Source of the DNA: Orbicella franksi
Taxonomy: Eukaryota
Direction of reading: 5' to 3'
Assembly (NCBI GenBank): GCA_964199315.1
Contig: OZ116706.1
Coordinates: 30,876,001-30,940,000 of the forward strand
Length of the DNA stretch: 64,000 bases
Position numbers and translations under genes: made by a program. Every line of letters starts with the position of its first letter. Position 1 is the stretch's first letter. This document shows positions 1 to 11,600 of this stretch, one piece after another. The notes under the pieces were generated by a model. It saw nothing but the letters and a program-made list of their open reading frames with translations. It made no database searches and had not been told where the DNA came from.

Positions 1-2397
1 TAATTTTTATTTGGCAAATTGGGCGGAGGGAAATTCTAAGAAGGGCAAACTGAAAATAAAATCGAAATGTTTTCTGGCTTGCTAGGTTTTCGTTGTTGAC
101 AACGAACGTAGTTGAACGCGATCGGGTTGAGATGCTATATCTACAAAGGATATGCAGTAAAAATAGACAAGCTTAATATTACGAGCCTTGAAATTATTTC
201 CAAATGATGGCTTAAAATAGAGAAGTCTTAAAGCTTTTGTCACGAACCTTTTGCACCTGATGAATATCTTGCTGAGTGGGAAAAGGGGGCGGATCAGGAA
301 ATAATCTTGTTCTCAGCTTGTAAATAATCCTCATCCGATTTAAACCTTGCAAGCTACAAGCACATCGAAAATCCTGGAAATTTTGGTTTCGGTTTTGAAT
401 GAAATAATCCATAAGTTGAACAACAAATAAACTGTTCTCAAATGGAAATGATTGCTTGGAAAGCAGTATGGTGATTGGCGAAAATCCTGCAATAATAAAC
501 TATAGAAACCGCGACAATATTTCAGTCAAAATAGCTTGAAGGTTATTGAAGAGACAATGGACAAAATAAATGGAATTGCGCTGTTACTGACGATTGGGTA
601 ATTTTACGAGTTTGTTTTAATCCTGTTTGCGCGATTGCCAAGTAAAAAAAATAAAAACCTAAACTTTGAAAGGGGCAGAGGTACTGTTCTTAAAATGTGG
701 CTTTATCCTTATGACAACCTCGACTTTCTTGTGATAAAAATATTTTCCTACAAGAAAGTGCATGTGCACCGTAAATGTTTTTAAATATAGCATCTAAAGA
801 GAATGACCGAATATCTTCACCAAAATACACGGACTGCAAATCTCTTAAGCTTGTAATTATTTTGCTTGTTAGCAGCTGTTACTACTTTGGGGCCAGGGGA
901 AATTGTTTCTGTTGTTTGTTCTTTTGTCTTCTCGAAGGCTATAATGTTCGGGCGGGAAGTGAACACAGTTTGCCTCGGAGAGGAAATAATTTGATTACAA
1001 CGACTCATTTCGTTCTATGTCAATTGTACCGCGAAGCGATATGTAAGCAAGTCAATAACTGTTATACCTTTGTAGTAATTCATATGAAAATATCGCGAAT
1101 TGCGCTGTTCAACGGTACCAGAGTTGAGCAACACTTCAGCGTTGATATATTTTCAATTTCTTTACTTGGGTTATTTCTAGCGCAGGAAACATTAGCTCTA
1201 CGATCAAATTTAAACTCTTACAAGTAATTGTCACTAAAAATAAGATCTCTACAGGAAAGAATTAGTGTTAGACGCTTCGTTTCAGGGCTTCAGTTGTACA
1301 CTCTTAAGATCAGTTGTTTACTGACAAGGACGTCTGAAGGGCTTGACTCGGAATTCTGACGAGACAACAAAGTGAATATTAAGTGAATAAAGATGGTGAA
1401 TTCTAACCCGATCAAAACAAGGAACTGTTCAACCAAGTCACACTAGTTTCCCGACTTCAGAAACTGAAAGATTTAAGTCCTTTTGAAGGAAATAAATTAT
1501 AGCTAAAGAGAATTTGATGGGACTCACATTACCAGCTTTGTGTTAGAATCTCCAATGTCTACCATACCATAGTCCTAAATATCGAAGACGTGTCTTAAGG
1601 AAAATATTAAAAAGTAAAGCCATTTAATTTAAAATAAGCTTTCAGATTTCAAGACAGAGAAGTAAACAAGGAAGTCAGATGACAGGCTTAAGTAAAAAAA
1701 TTAAACGTTAATTCTAATAACATTAAAGATGGATTTCTTTCAGATGAAAGATTAAACTGATTATAAAAAGGCGCTTATATGAAATTTAAAAATGCTTAGC
1801 CATTTGTTTACACGTTGTAATCCTACATGGCCTGTCGCTGCGTTAAATGAGGAAACAAAAGCCGCATATTTGGAGGCGACGCTGTGATAAAATTAGCCTT
1901 AATGTTTTCGAGACGTGACAAGGCAACCGTAATATGTCTAAACACCTGCCATTTCAAAACAATGATTAACATAACGTGAGCCGATTCTGCGGCTCGAACC
2001 CTAAATGAAGAAATTAACGCGTTTTTGGCAAAAACAAAACGTGAACTGCTTTAAATTAACTATAAATAGCTGTTCTTTGGGAATTAAAAAGTAAAGCGTT
2101 CTAAAGCAACGATTTACTGTAAATCCTGTAAATTTTGCGCCCTAAGACCTAAATGAGGAAACAAATGGGCGCTTTGACAAACAAGAACCGAAACCATTTC
2201 AATTAAATTACAGTAAAGCCGCCAAGTCGTTTGAAAATAAATGAACAAATATTAAAATGAGAAGCAGGAGATTTGTGGCGGAGAGAGTGCATGTCAACCG
2301 GCATCTTGAAGACGTACAAATATACTCCAACTACCTAAAATTTAGACAGAAACTTGGCTGTATTTCGCTTAATTGTCCGAAGTGATAAAGTAATAAC

Positions 2398-2635
2398 ACC
2401 CCATTCACACCAACTTGTTAAACACATTTAAAAGTGGTTTAACTAAACAAGGTTAAAAATTAGTTGTTCATACCGTACACACCCCACAACTTAACAAGGT
2501 AAAAACCTGTTTAAATAAATTATGTCAGCATCCGGTTTGAAATTTGTCTTCTCAAAATGACTGCAAAGCGTAATTCACAAATTGATAAAAACCAAAACCT
2601 GATAGTTAAACTAGTTTAGTTGGTGTGAATGGGGT
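2398..2635. mobile_element. MITE with terminal inverted repeats
   Basis: ACCCCATTCACACCAACT at the left end and AGTTGGTGTGAATGGGGT at the right end, with a non-coding AT-rich interior. Confidence 0.65.
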
Positions 2636-3811
2636 ATAAAACTCTGGAGCCAGGTTCGATATCCTTGATCAGATAGAATTTAAATATTCTAAAATAAAAC
2701 GTGGATAAAACCCAAGTAAATCTACCTTGGAAACAAGCACAATATTAATCACAGTACAAAACAGCTCGGCTTTCGAACCTTGAGTGTTTCTAACTGACTT
2801 GGACACACCGCCATGTCTAAGCAAATACTCAAAATAAAAATAGAGGAAAGCAAAGAAACAAGCGGCGAAAATGTTGATAGGAGATCAAATGCGTCCGGGT
2901 TACGGAACAGACAAGGATCGAAAACAATTCTGCTTCCTCAACACAAGGAAGAGATAATGTATTGGATTACTGCTGAGGTATTGAACCAGACAACAGAAGT
3001 TCTAAACTCAATATGCTGTCTGGTTAACAAGAAACCCACATATAGTGTACTCAAGATAGAAACCAATGGATAAATTAGCCCGAGCGAGTTCGACAAAAAA
3101 AATATTCTCTTGGCACACGCAGACCTCTTTTTGGGCGTTTATTCCGAGAATTGCCAGGGTCGCAAACCAAGAACCACTCTGGGCCTCTTACCGTAATTAA
3201 ACTCACAATTAGCCAATCGGAAGCCGCGTCTACTGTCCTGATAACCTGCGATATCAAGTCACTGATGCCCAGAAATTTTTAATTTACAGTACAGGTAAAA
3301 AAAAAAAAAAGCAAAACTTTTAAATAGGGCTAAAGCTCTTAGTTTCCTTTATGGAGTAAACTCTAGTTGAAACACGGCTTCAGATACTCAATGGCTTGAT
3401 AGAATATGTGTTATTTTCCAGTCGGTGTATTTCTAAAACCTCAGTTGAAGGTCCAGCAAAAACTTTCATTTTCACAGGTGTTGTTTCAGTCTAATTCGTG
3501 TTTTTTTTAGGGTAAATTTACTCTAGCAATGTTTCAGAAAAGCGTCCGAAATGTTTGTCTGAAAATTAAACCTGCGAAAAAAAAAGGCCGAAATTTTAAT
3601 GTCCGAACTGTTAGGTAAGTAATGTCTGCAAGCCGACTTTTAGGGTCCCTGCAGACAACACGGATGTTATGTTGATCCACAAGCATAATGAAACAGGCAC
3701 ATCAAGGCCTCTATCGAATTTCTGGTCCACCTTTAGATTATGGTAGACTGGGCGACCCTAACAACTCTTGGAACCCATACCATTTCTAGGTACTGTTAGA
3801 CAAGTACTTAC

Positions 3812-6800
3812 CTTTCAGGACATCGGCAAGCGTCGGTAATCAATCGGCCAACCTCTTCAGATAGAGTCAACTGGTGACAAGAAATGAGAAGAATACTGAG
3901 ATGGAGCGAAGATGTCAAAAAGATACTAATAAACATTGGAATGGGCATCTTATGATTCTAAAGCACGTACATCATAACCAATTGTATTGTGTCTCTCACT
4001 TTACCTGATCTTGTGCCATCCAGTGAGTAAGGAGATCTTTTCTTCCTGCAAAAATGTAGAAGATGACGTCAAACCTCTTCTTGAAGTCATCAGGCGAGTT
4101 TGGGAGATGGTTTCCCTAAAGTTTCCGTAGGAATTTCCTCCAACCCAAGTATATTACCATAAGATTTAAAATGAAAGGACCCATTTTGATAAGTTTACGC
4201 ACCTTTCTCTAAAACACATTTAACACACTCTATAGTTTCCCACTTTGAGGGTTTCATGCAACCAGTAGCAACAGTGGGAAGGAGAGCTTCCCAATACTTC
4301 ACCAAAACACAGCTGAAAAATACGAAGCAAAGCTTGTCGTAATTGATATACAACACAGAAACAGTTGCTTCTCCTTGCTTCGTTCTAAGCTCTTAACATA
4401 AGGGATGGGTGACCGTGTCGCGTCCGCGTATAGTTCCCTTTGAATTTAGTAACCGCCAGAATATCGTAAAAGTGAAGAGCCTGAAACTAGGACACACTTG
4501 TTTGTTTGTTTGTTTGTTTGTACACATTATGCCAGGTGTGCTTACAATGCTTTTAAGTTATGAGGTATGTATATTGTTATCACTAAAAGAGAAGAAAAAT
4601 TACGGCATTGTTAAATTACCTGCCGCTATGTGCTGCATCGTATTCTTTGAACTTCTCGAGATTTTCCATTGTCCTTAAAACTCCCTTTAATCAGAAAGGT
4701 TATAAAAGTAATTGAGTGGGTAGGTGGTTCACCCATTAAGTCAGCTAATGAACCAGCCAGCCAGTCAGTCAGTCAGTCAGTCATTCAGTCGACCAGCCAG
4801 CCAGCAAGTCAGTCAGCCAGTCAGCCCTTCACTTAGCATAGAAGTGTAAAGTAAAACAACAAATATTTGGGAGGGTAAAACGTCACACTGGTACATTAGT
4901 AAATCGCATGGTTCATAGGTCTTAGACTAATTAACAATGAAATCCTGTTTAAAATCTTGGGAACATCTTGCCATATATTTGGCGTCGTCACATGAAATTT
5001 GTTATGGAAATTCACTTGCATGCAACGAGCTCTTCAATTTACTTTAATCAAGGTGTAGATGTTGATTACCTTTGGTGAATGTGCAGCTAGTAAGGCAGCA
5101 TCTTCAACTTTTCCCGCCTCAAACAACTGAAATGACAACACCCTCAGCTATGTAGTTATATTGACGGATAAGATACATTTAATCATCAACGAAAACCAGC
5201 GTCGCCAATTGTTGTCTTGTATGAATGGATAACACCTCAAAAAAACGAAGACCAAAAAAAGGAGATACCATCTCTTGGACTTCATTTTAGAAAATAATTG
5301 AGAAAAGCACTTTAGAACCATCCTTCCTTTGAGAAAAGAGATATTAAATAAACAATAGCCTCTATTTGACGCGAAAATATGCTCACATATTTGTCCGCGG
5401 ACATTATCTGTCCCGAGAGACGAACAGTTTTCCGAAAGCGTAGCTCGAGGAAAACTGTGAACTTCAGTGAGGAAAAGATAATGTCCAAGAACAAATTTCC
5501 GAGCGAATTTTCGGCTACTGAGTTTATTATCCTTCAAACATTTTTCGTAGCACGCGCAGTTTTGAAAATTGGGGAATATCACTCGGATTTTTGTTCTTGG
5601 ACATTATTTTTCTACATTTTTTTTTTTGCAAGTATACATATTCCCCCGTTTTAACTGGGACATATTCAGTCACGTGACGCGTTTAGACCAATCCCATGCG
5701 GGCGAAAAGATTTGATGGATTATAATTGTCGATATCTCGCAATCCATGCAAGTACCAACCTCGAAGAAGTTTTCAATGTATTCGAGAATAAACTCCGCCT
5801 CTCTGTCTTTGGTTGGATCCTGCAGGAAAAGGGAAAGTAGGAAAAAGATCATTAAAAATCATTATGAAAGAAGGGTAAAGAGGTAAATTCGTGCGACAAT
5901 TGTGATGGCTCGTTTCAAACGTCACTTCAAAATTATTTTGCATTAGCTGCCAGAGACTTGGAAAGCTAAAAAGGTAGCAGTGAACTAAAATGGCACAAAG
6001 ATGGAAAACGTACGCTTAAAGCCAAATCAAAAGCCTCGTCCACACTACGCCGGAGGAATTTAAAAACGGAGGTTTCACTCTTAAGACGCACCAAATGTTT
6101 TCCGTCCACACTAAGCCGGAGGAATTTAAAAAAGCATTTTGGATTTGCGCTTGAGGAATACTCGGTCAGGGAAATCACGTGATTGTCGTGACGCAATCGT
6201 TTTCGAAAACCTCCATTGCTTTTCGTTCACACTAAAAAGCAAAGACAGCACTTTTCAAATTCCTCTGCTTTGAACAGCGTTTTCGAAAAGCTTCGTTTTC
6301 GTGACAGATTAGAGTGGACGGTAGGCGTAACCGTAGAAATAAGACTGCGTGTTCAAATATCTCCGGCGTAGTGTGGACACATATACACTTGCATGCATTA
6401 CATCGCTAGTGTTGTCAACGATTAGATGACAAACTATTTATAATAGATCCATGTCAATCAAAGGACGGTTAACTTACATCATCTTCCGCGATCATGCGAG
6501 AGGAGAGAGCACTCCTCTGATTTCCTTCTTCTTCAGTGTAGGCGTATTGTTTCTCTTTTCTGTCCGGCTGTAGTTCCTCAGTTTTTTCTTCAGATATTTC
6601 ATCTGCGATTAAAAAATTCACAGTCCTAGCCATGAGTAATGCAACAGTGAAGTAAAACAGACTATATTCCATTCCAAAAAAAAAAAAAAATGAGACCATG
6701 TAGCTTCAAAAATCGCCCTTAGTGCTTTTTATATAGAGGATATTACATGACCGCGCGGAGACCAGGAGAAGATAAATTTTGTTTCTCCAAGCGACGACGT

Positions 6801-8598
6801 AATTCTATTTTTATTATATAAAATATTCACAATACATAACGACATTTGTGGCGATTTTCCGAAGATTTTCGACCACTTTCCGAAGATTTCCGAAGATTTT
6901 CCAAAATTTGCCAGAAGACCAGACGCACGTTTCCGAACATTTTCCGAACGTTTTCCAAAGATTGCCGAAGACGTCCGAAGAAGATCCGAAGATGTTTCGA
7001 TCATACACCAACAAATTTAAGTGTATTGAAAGGGACAAAAATGTTATCAAAAATGATATCTTCACATGTGAAGATATCATAACCTCACGTGTGAGGATAT
7101 CATATCCTTTTTATCAGTTTGTTACCAGTCAGTATACCACTAACTTTTAGTAGATGTCATAATCCAGGGTCCCTTCCCTAGATTATTCGACTTTTGAGCA
7201 GATATTCATTCATTCAAACTTACATCATTCCTTTCACGGACCTTATTGTTTTATATATATCGGTACTCAAGATAATAAGCCGGGATCTGTCGAATCTGTA
7301 CACTAACTGTAGCAAAACAAGACTGGAAAAGCAGTGGTAGAATGAAATTTTGTTCGCCAGTACCTGGCGTTATTTGTGAAGCGGTATATCAAACACGAAA
7401 GTCTGTGTTTGACCACTGACATTTCCAAACACCGAGAAGAGAGTTGAAAATACGATGCGTAGCAGAGTATTTTTGACGAACTTCGTGGTGTTTGGACAGG
7501 TGGTCAAATACTGTCCCGAGTGTTTGATATATCTTCTCAATCGAATTAAAAACTAAGGAGTAAACGAAGACCGGGTATCCAAACCTTCTCCACGGTTGTG
7601 ATTTTCTTTGTCTAAACTTGATGAATTATTAATGATTTGAGAAATACCTGAAGCTGATTGGTCAGTTTTGTCGTGATATTAGTAGCAGCCAAGACTCGCT
7701 AACGATTGCACAAGAACAACCACTTTTAGAAGCAACTGAATATCAATAGATTCCTGTGATTACCTGCCTTCTCCATCGTTCGGTTGGTCTCCCTCAAGGC
7801 TACAGCAATTTTCCCAACAATTGAGGATTGCGCTTTCAATGAAGGCTTTCTTATGTTTTCCTGATGTGTAACAGACATGAAAAGACCTTATTATAACGAC
7901 TTAGGCACCGAAATTTAGAATATACAAAAAAATCACCCTATCCCATCCCACCCCCCAAAAAACCGATAAACTAAACATAACAATCCTGAACAATAGCAGA
8001 AATAAACATGTAGAAACAGAAAATGAACGGATGAACGAACGAGCGCACGCACGCACGCAAGTACGAACGAAAGAACGAACGAACACACGCACACACGCAC
8101 GCACGAACGAACATACGAACGTACGAACGAACGAACGCATGAATGAACGAACGAACGAACGAACGAACACACAAACGAACGAACGTACAAAAGAAAGAAC
8201 GAATTAACAAACCAATGAATCAATCTCAAACTGATCAGCTAATCAGAACTCAAACAAGGAACGAATAATCAGTGAACAGGGACAGTCACGTGGTTCTGTC
8301 GCAATTGGTTTTGATTAAGTATAAGATTATCTCTGTCAGTTGTGATTGACATCCAAGGCATTCAGAAATCCCTCAGTATGACCAAACTAGCGACCAACCA
8401 ATCAATCGACGCCGATTACCAAGGATTCCAACGCACTCACCCAAACAGCGAGGGACAGTTTTGTAGCTACTATTTTCATCTTGAGCTCCTCGCGTTTAGT
8501 CAGAAGGGCTTCTTTAACAACCTACACTCAACAAGAAGGGTGAACCATTCAGTGAAAGCTAAAACCACTATATTTCGAAATCGAACTGACGCAAAAAC

Positions 8599-8630
<32 letters not shown>

Positions 8631-11600
8631 GTAATAAAGCTAAAAGAAAGGGGAGCAAAGGGGAAAAAATATAGGAATAAAATTCTACGATAATTAAACA
8701 TAATTTATCATCTAAAAACTAAAGCTTGTTTAAAGAGATATGTTCTTAAATGTCTTTTAAAACTGTCAATTGAAGGACTAGATCTTAGTTCGAGTTCTCT
8801 CGCCATAAGTCTTTAGTCTCGCTTTCGCGATCGCCAAAAGGTGTTGAGAAGACGATCTTAGTGTCCGTTGAGAGGTGTGATAATTAAGCAAGTCACTGAT
8901 GTAGAGAGGCGCTGCTCCATTGAGGGTTTTGTAGATCCAGTCTAGATCCCTTTTCAAGAGCGTCCATAGCATCTAATTAATTCGTACAATACAATGTAGA
9001 TCGGACAGGTTACAAGGACCTTACGCTAAACAGTAGGAGTTTGGAGAAGGTTAGATACGCTAGAACACCTCTCCCCCCTGGATTCCCCCTGTTCAAAACT
9101 CACCTCTCTTTCTTGAAGACGATTGAAAAGCTGGCCTTTCGTTTCTTTTGGAACAAACCTGCAGTTGGCAATGGACATTAGAAACCTGCTACTTGTAACA
9201 ATTTGTATAGGTAATCACACGGTTTCGAGTTCAATTTGGAATTAATTTGCAAGAGTGAGTATTTCAAAAAGCTGAAATTGCACGAGCCGCTTCACAAGTG
9301 CTAATTAATTCCAAATTGAACGAGAAAAACCGTATGATTACTTATTAATAACATAAACATGAAAAAATTCATTTTTTCTCATTCGAGAAAATTTTTTTCA
9401 AAATTTCATCATTTTTCGTAGTATCATTGGCTTAGAAAATTTCTTACTGCCTTTCAGCCAATCATAATCCAGAATTACGATGTGTAATTTGCACTGGTGT
9501 TACACTTGAACTGTACTGCTCTCAGCCAATCAGAATCGAGTAATTTTTTTCATGTATATTATTAAATGTGAAACAGCACGTTAGTACACCTCTGTTACGT
9601 GCAGGAAAGACTGGAGGGTGACTTTGGTTTCAAGTTTTAACTCATAACTTACCTGGTTTCGTTCTCATGTTTAACCTGCGTCACTTTGGATTTGAGATCA
9701 GCTAACTGAAGCAAAAGAAAACAGAAGTAGGGTACGTGAAAAGATCGACATCATAATAATCATCATTTTAAAATTACAACCATTATCAACCTAACGTTAA
9801 TAACGGTAGATAAGCAACCGTAGCGAGTTTACTACGGCGCCTTTTTCAATTAACTTACTTACAGTTAAGAAGCACTTCTCTTTAAGAAGAACTTTGTGAA
9901 AGGCTTTTTGTTGTTTGCCTCTTGTTTCAGCTTGTAATTCTCAGAAGAAATTCATGGTAGCTATATGACGTCATAATTGCAAAAACTAGCTGTAATTTGA
10001 CGTGATCACATGCGCGCGCATATTGACAAATGTAAACGCAGAACCGAGAACTCAAACTCAAAACTCAAGTAAACGCTCCCCAACGAAATGCAACCGGAAG
10101 ACAGCGTCTTTGTCAATATTTCCGAGGTTTTCGCGCCAACGTCATAAACAATGAAGTTTGTTTGCGGTGAAACTAACAAACGAAGTTTGATACCTTCTTT
10201 GTCAGGAACGCTGTGTCTGTGAGTTGCTCCAAAGTCAGGCTCGGCATGAAGTTTGAGCGTGAAGGATGATTTGACTGATCAAACAGTAGAAAAGACCCTG
10301 GTAACCACAGATAACAAGAATGTGAGGTGTAGAGTAAAAACTGACCATAAAAGAAGAGAAGCGACATGAAGGAATGACGGGATCTGAGGGGATTTATTTG
10401 TAAACCTTTCCGTTTTGCGAGATGAACTGGAAATTGTATCTTTCTTAGCCAGGAAACGCAACTTAGAACTTAATTCACCCAATGCCAGGCAAAGAATAGA
10501 AGATGTACGCAGTAAGGGAAGCTCTGAAGCAGACCAAGGGATTTATTTTATTTTCTCCGCCCTTTACGCCTAGAACAACCCAGAGACGTGTTTCTCGAAA
10601 GCTCCCGTAAATACCGGGCCCGATAACTTACCGGGTCTTTCGAGAAACGGGCTCTAGGACGGTTGCAAAATTCAATAATGCGTGCACCAAATGAACGCCG
10701 AGGCCATACTCCCTTTTATGGCGACATTTTGCATAACACAACAGTAAATTACCACGGTGTTACTCCCTGTTTCGTCAAACATACCTGGTGATACACGGCT
10801 GGCTGAATTGCGATAGCTGGACCTGTTCTGTTTGGATGATACTCTAACAAATAAAAGCAACACAAATATGCTATGCAGTGAGCATAAGAACGCCAGAATT
10901 CAGGAACGGTACCCAAGGTCTCGACCTTCTCGGTCACCAAATGGCACTTGGTTCTTTGGAGTGCCCAGCGTCTGAATGCAACACTATTTTTTTGCCGGTA
11001 CCCAGGCACCAGTGCTCGGGCACAAAGTGTGAATACAGCCTTATAGACTCAAAAATGATGAGTCAGCACGTTTCGGGATAACTCCTCCCTTGATCAGGAG
11101 CCCTTTACCCCAGGGCAGGAAAGTGAGAGGAAAGAAAACAGAGCGGGACAAAAAAGAACATCACCTCGTGCATGACTTACTTTCCTTGCCCGTCTCTCAA
11201 CGGCTCCCCAAAAGGGGCAGAAGGAAGAAAGGACGGCATTGATCTCTGTTTAATTCAAGCAAAATTTATGCTGTTGAGTTGCGCCCAAGACACTTTTTTA
11301 AGAGAAAGTTGTATCTTCAGCAGAAAAAATCATTTCGGTTAAGAGCACAGAGCAGTATCATGGAAGTTGCTAAGGAACGCCAACGTCTACTGGCGACCGT
11401 GCGTGAGTCCATAATGATGTGGAAACGCTCTGTAAAAGGTTAAGCTTACTGGAAATAGTTACGAGAGGTAGCTATTACTGTAAAGACAATGCCTGAAAAA
11501 AGTAGCCGAGCGTTTTTCGCGTGTGACAAAAGAACCGTTTTCAAAGTCAAATTATGTTCAAAATAGGAACATATTTAAGTAAACATCATTGACCAGCAGA

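Noticed and set aside
775-1227. 150-aa plus-strand ORF
   Set aside because: Non-ATG start, compositionally random, no recognisable motif or supporting splice structure.
2813-3073. 86-aa ORF with a perfect CCGCCATG context
   Set aside because: No recognisable homology. CCGCCATG/CATGGCGG recurs in non-coding positions in this window, and the ORF lies antisense to the expected CLHC1 3' region.
6729-8229. Clusters of overlapping ORFs at 6729-7150 and 7901-8229
   Set aside because: They are translations of short tandem repeats and a microsatellite.
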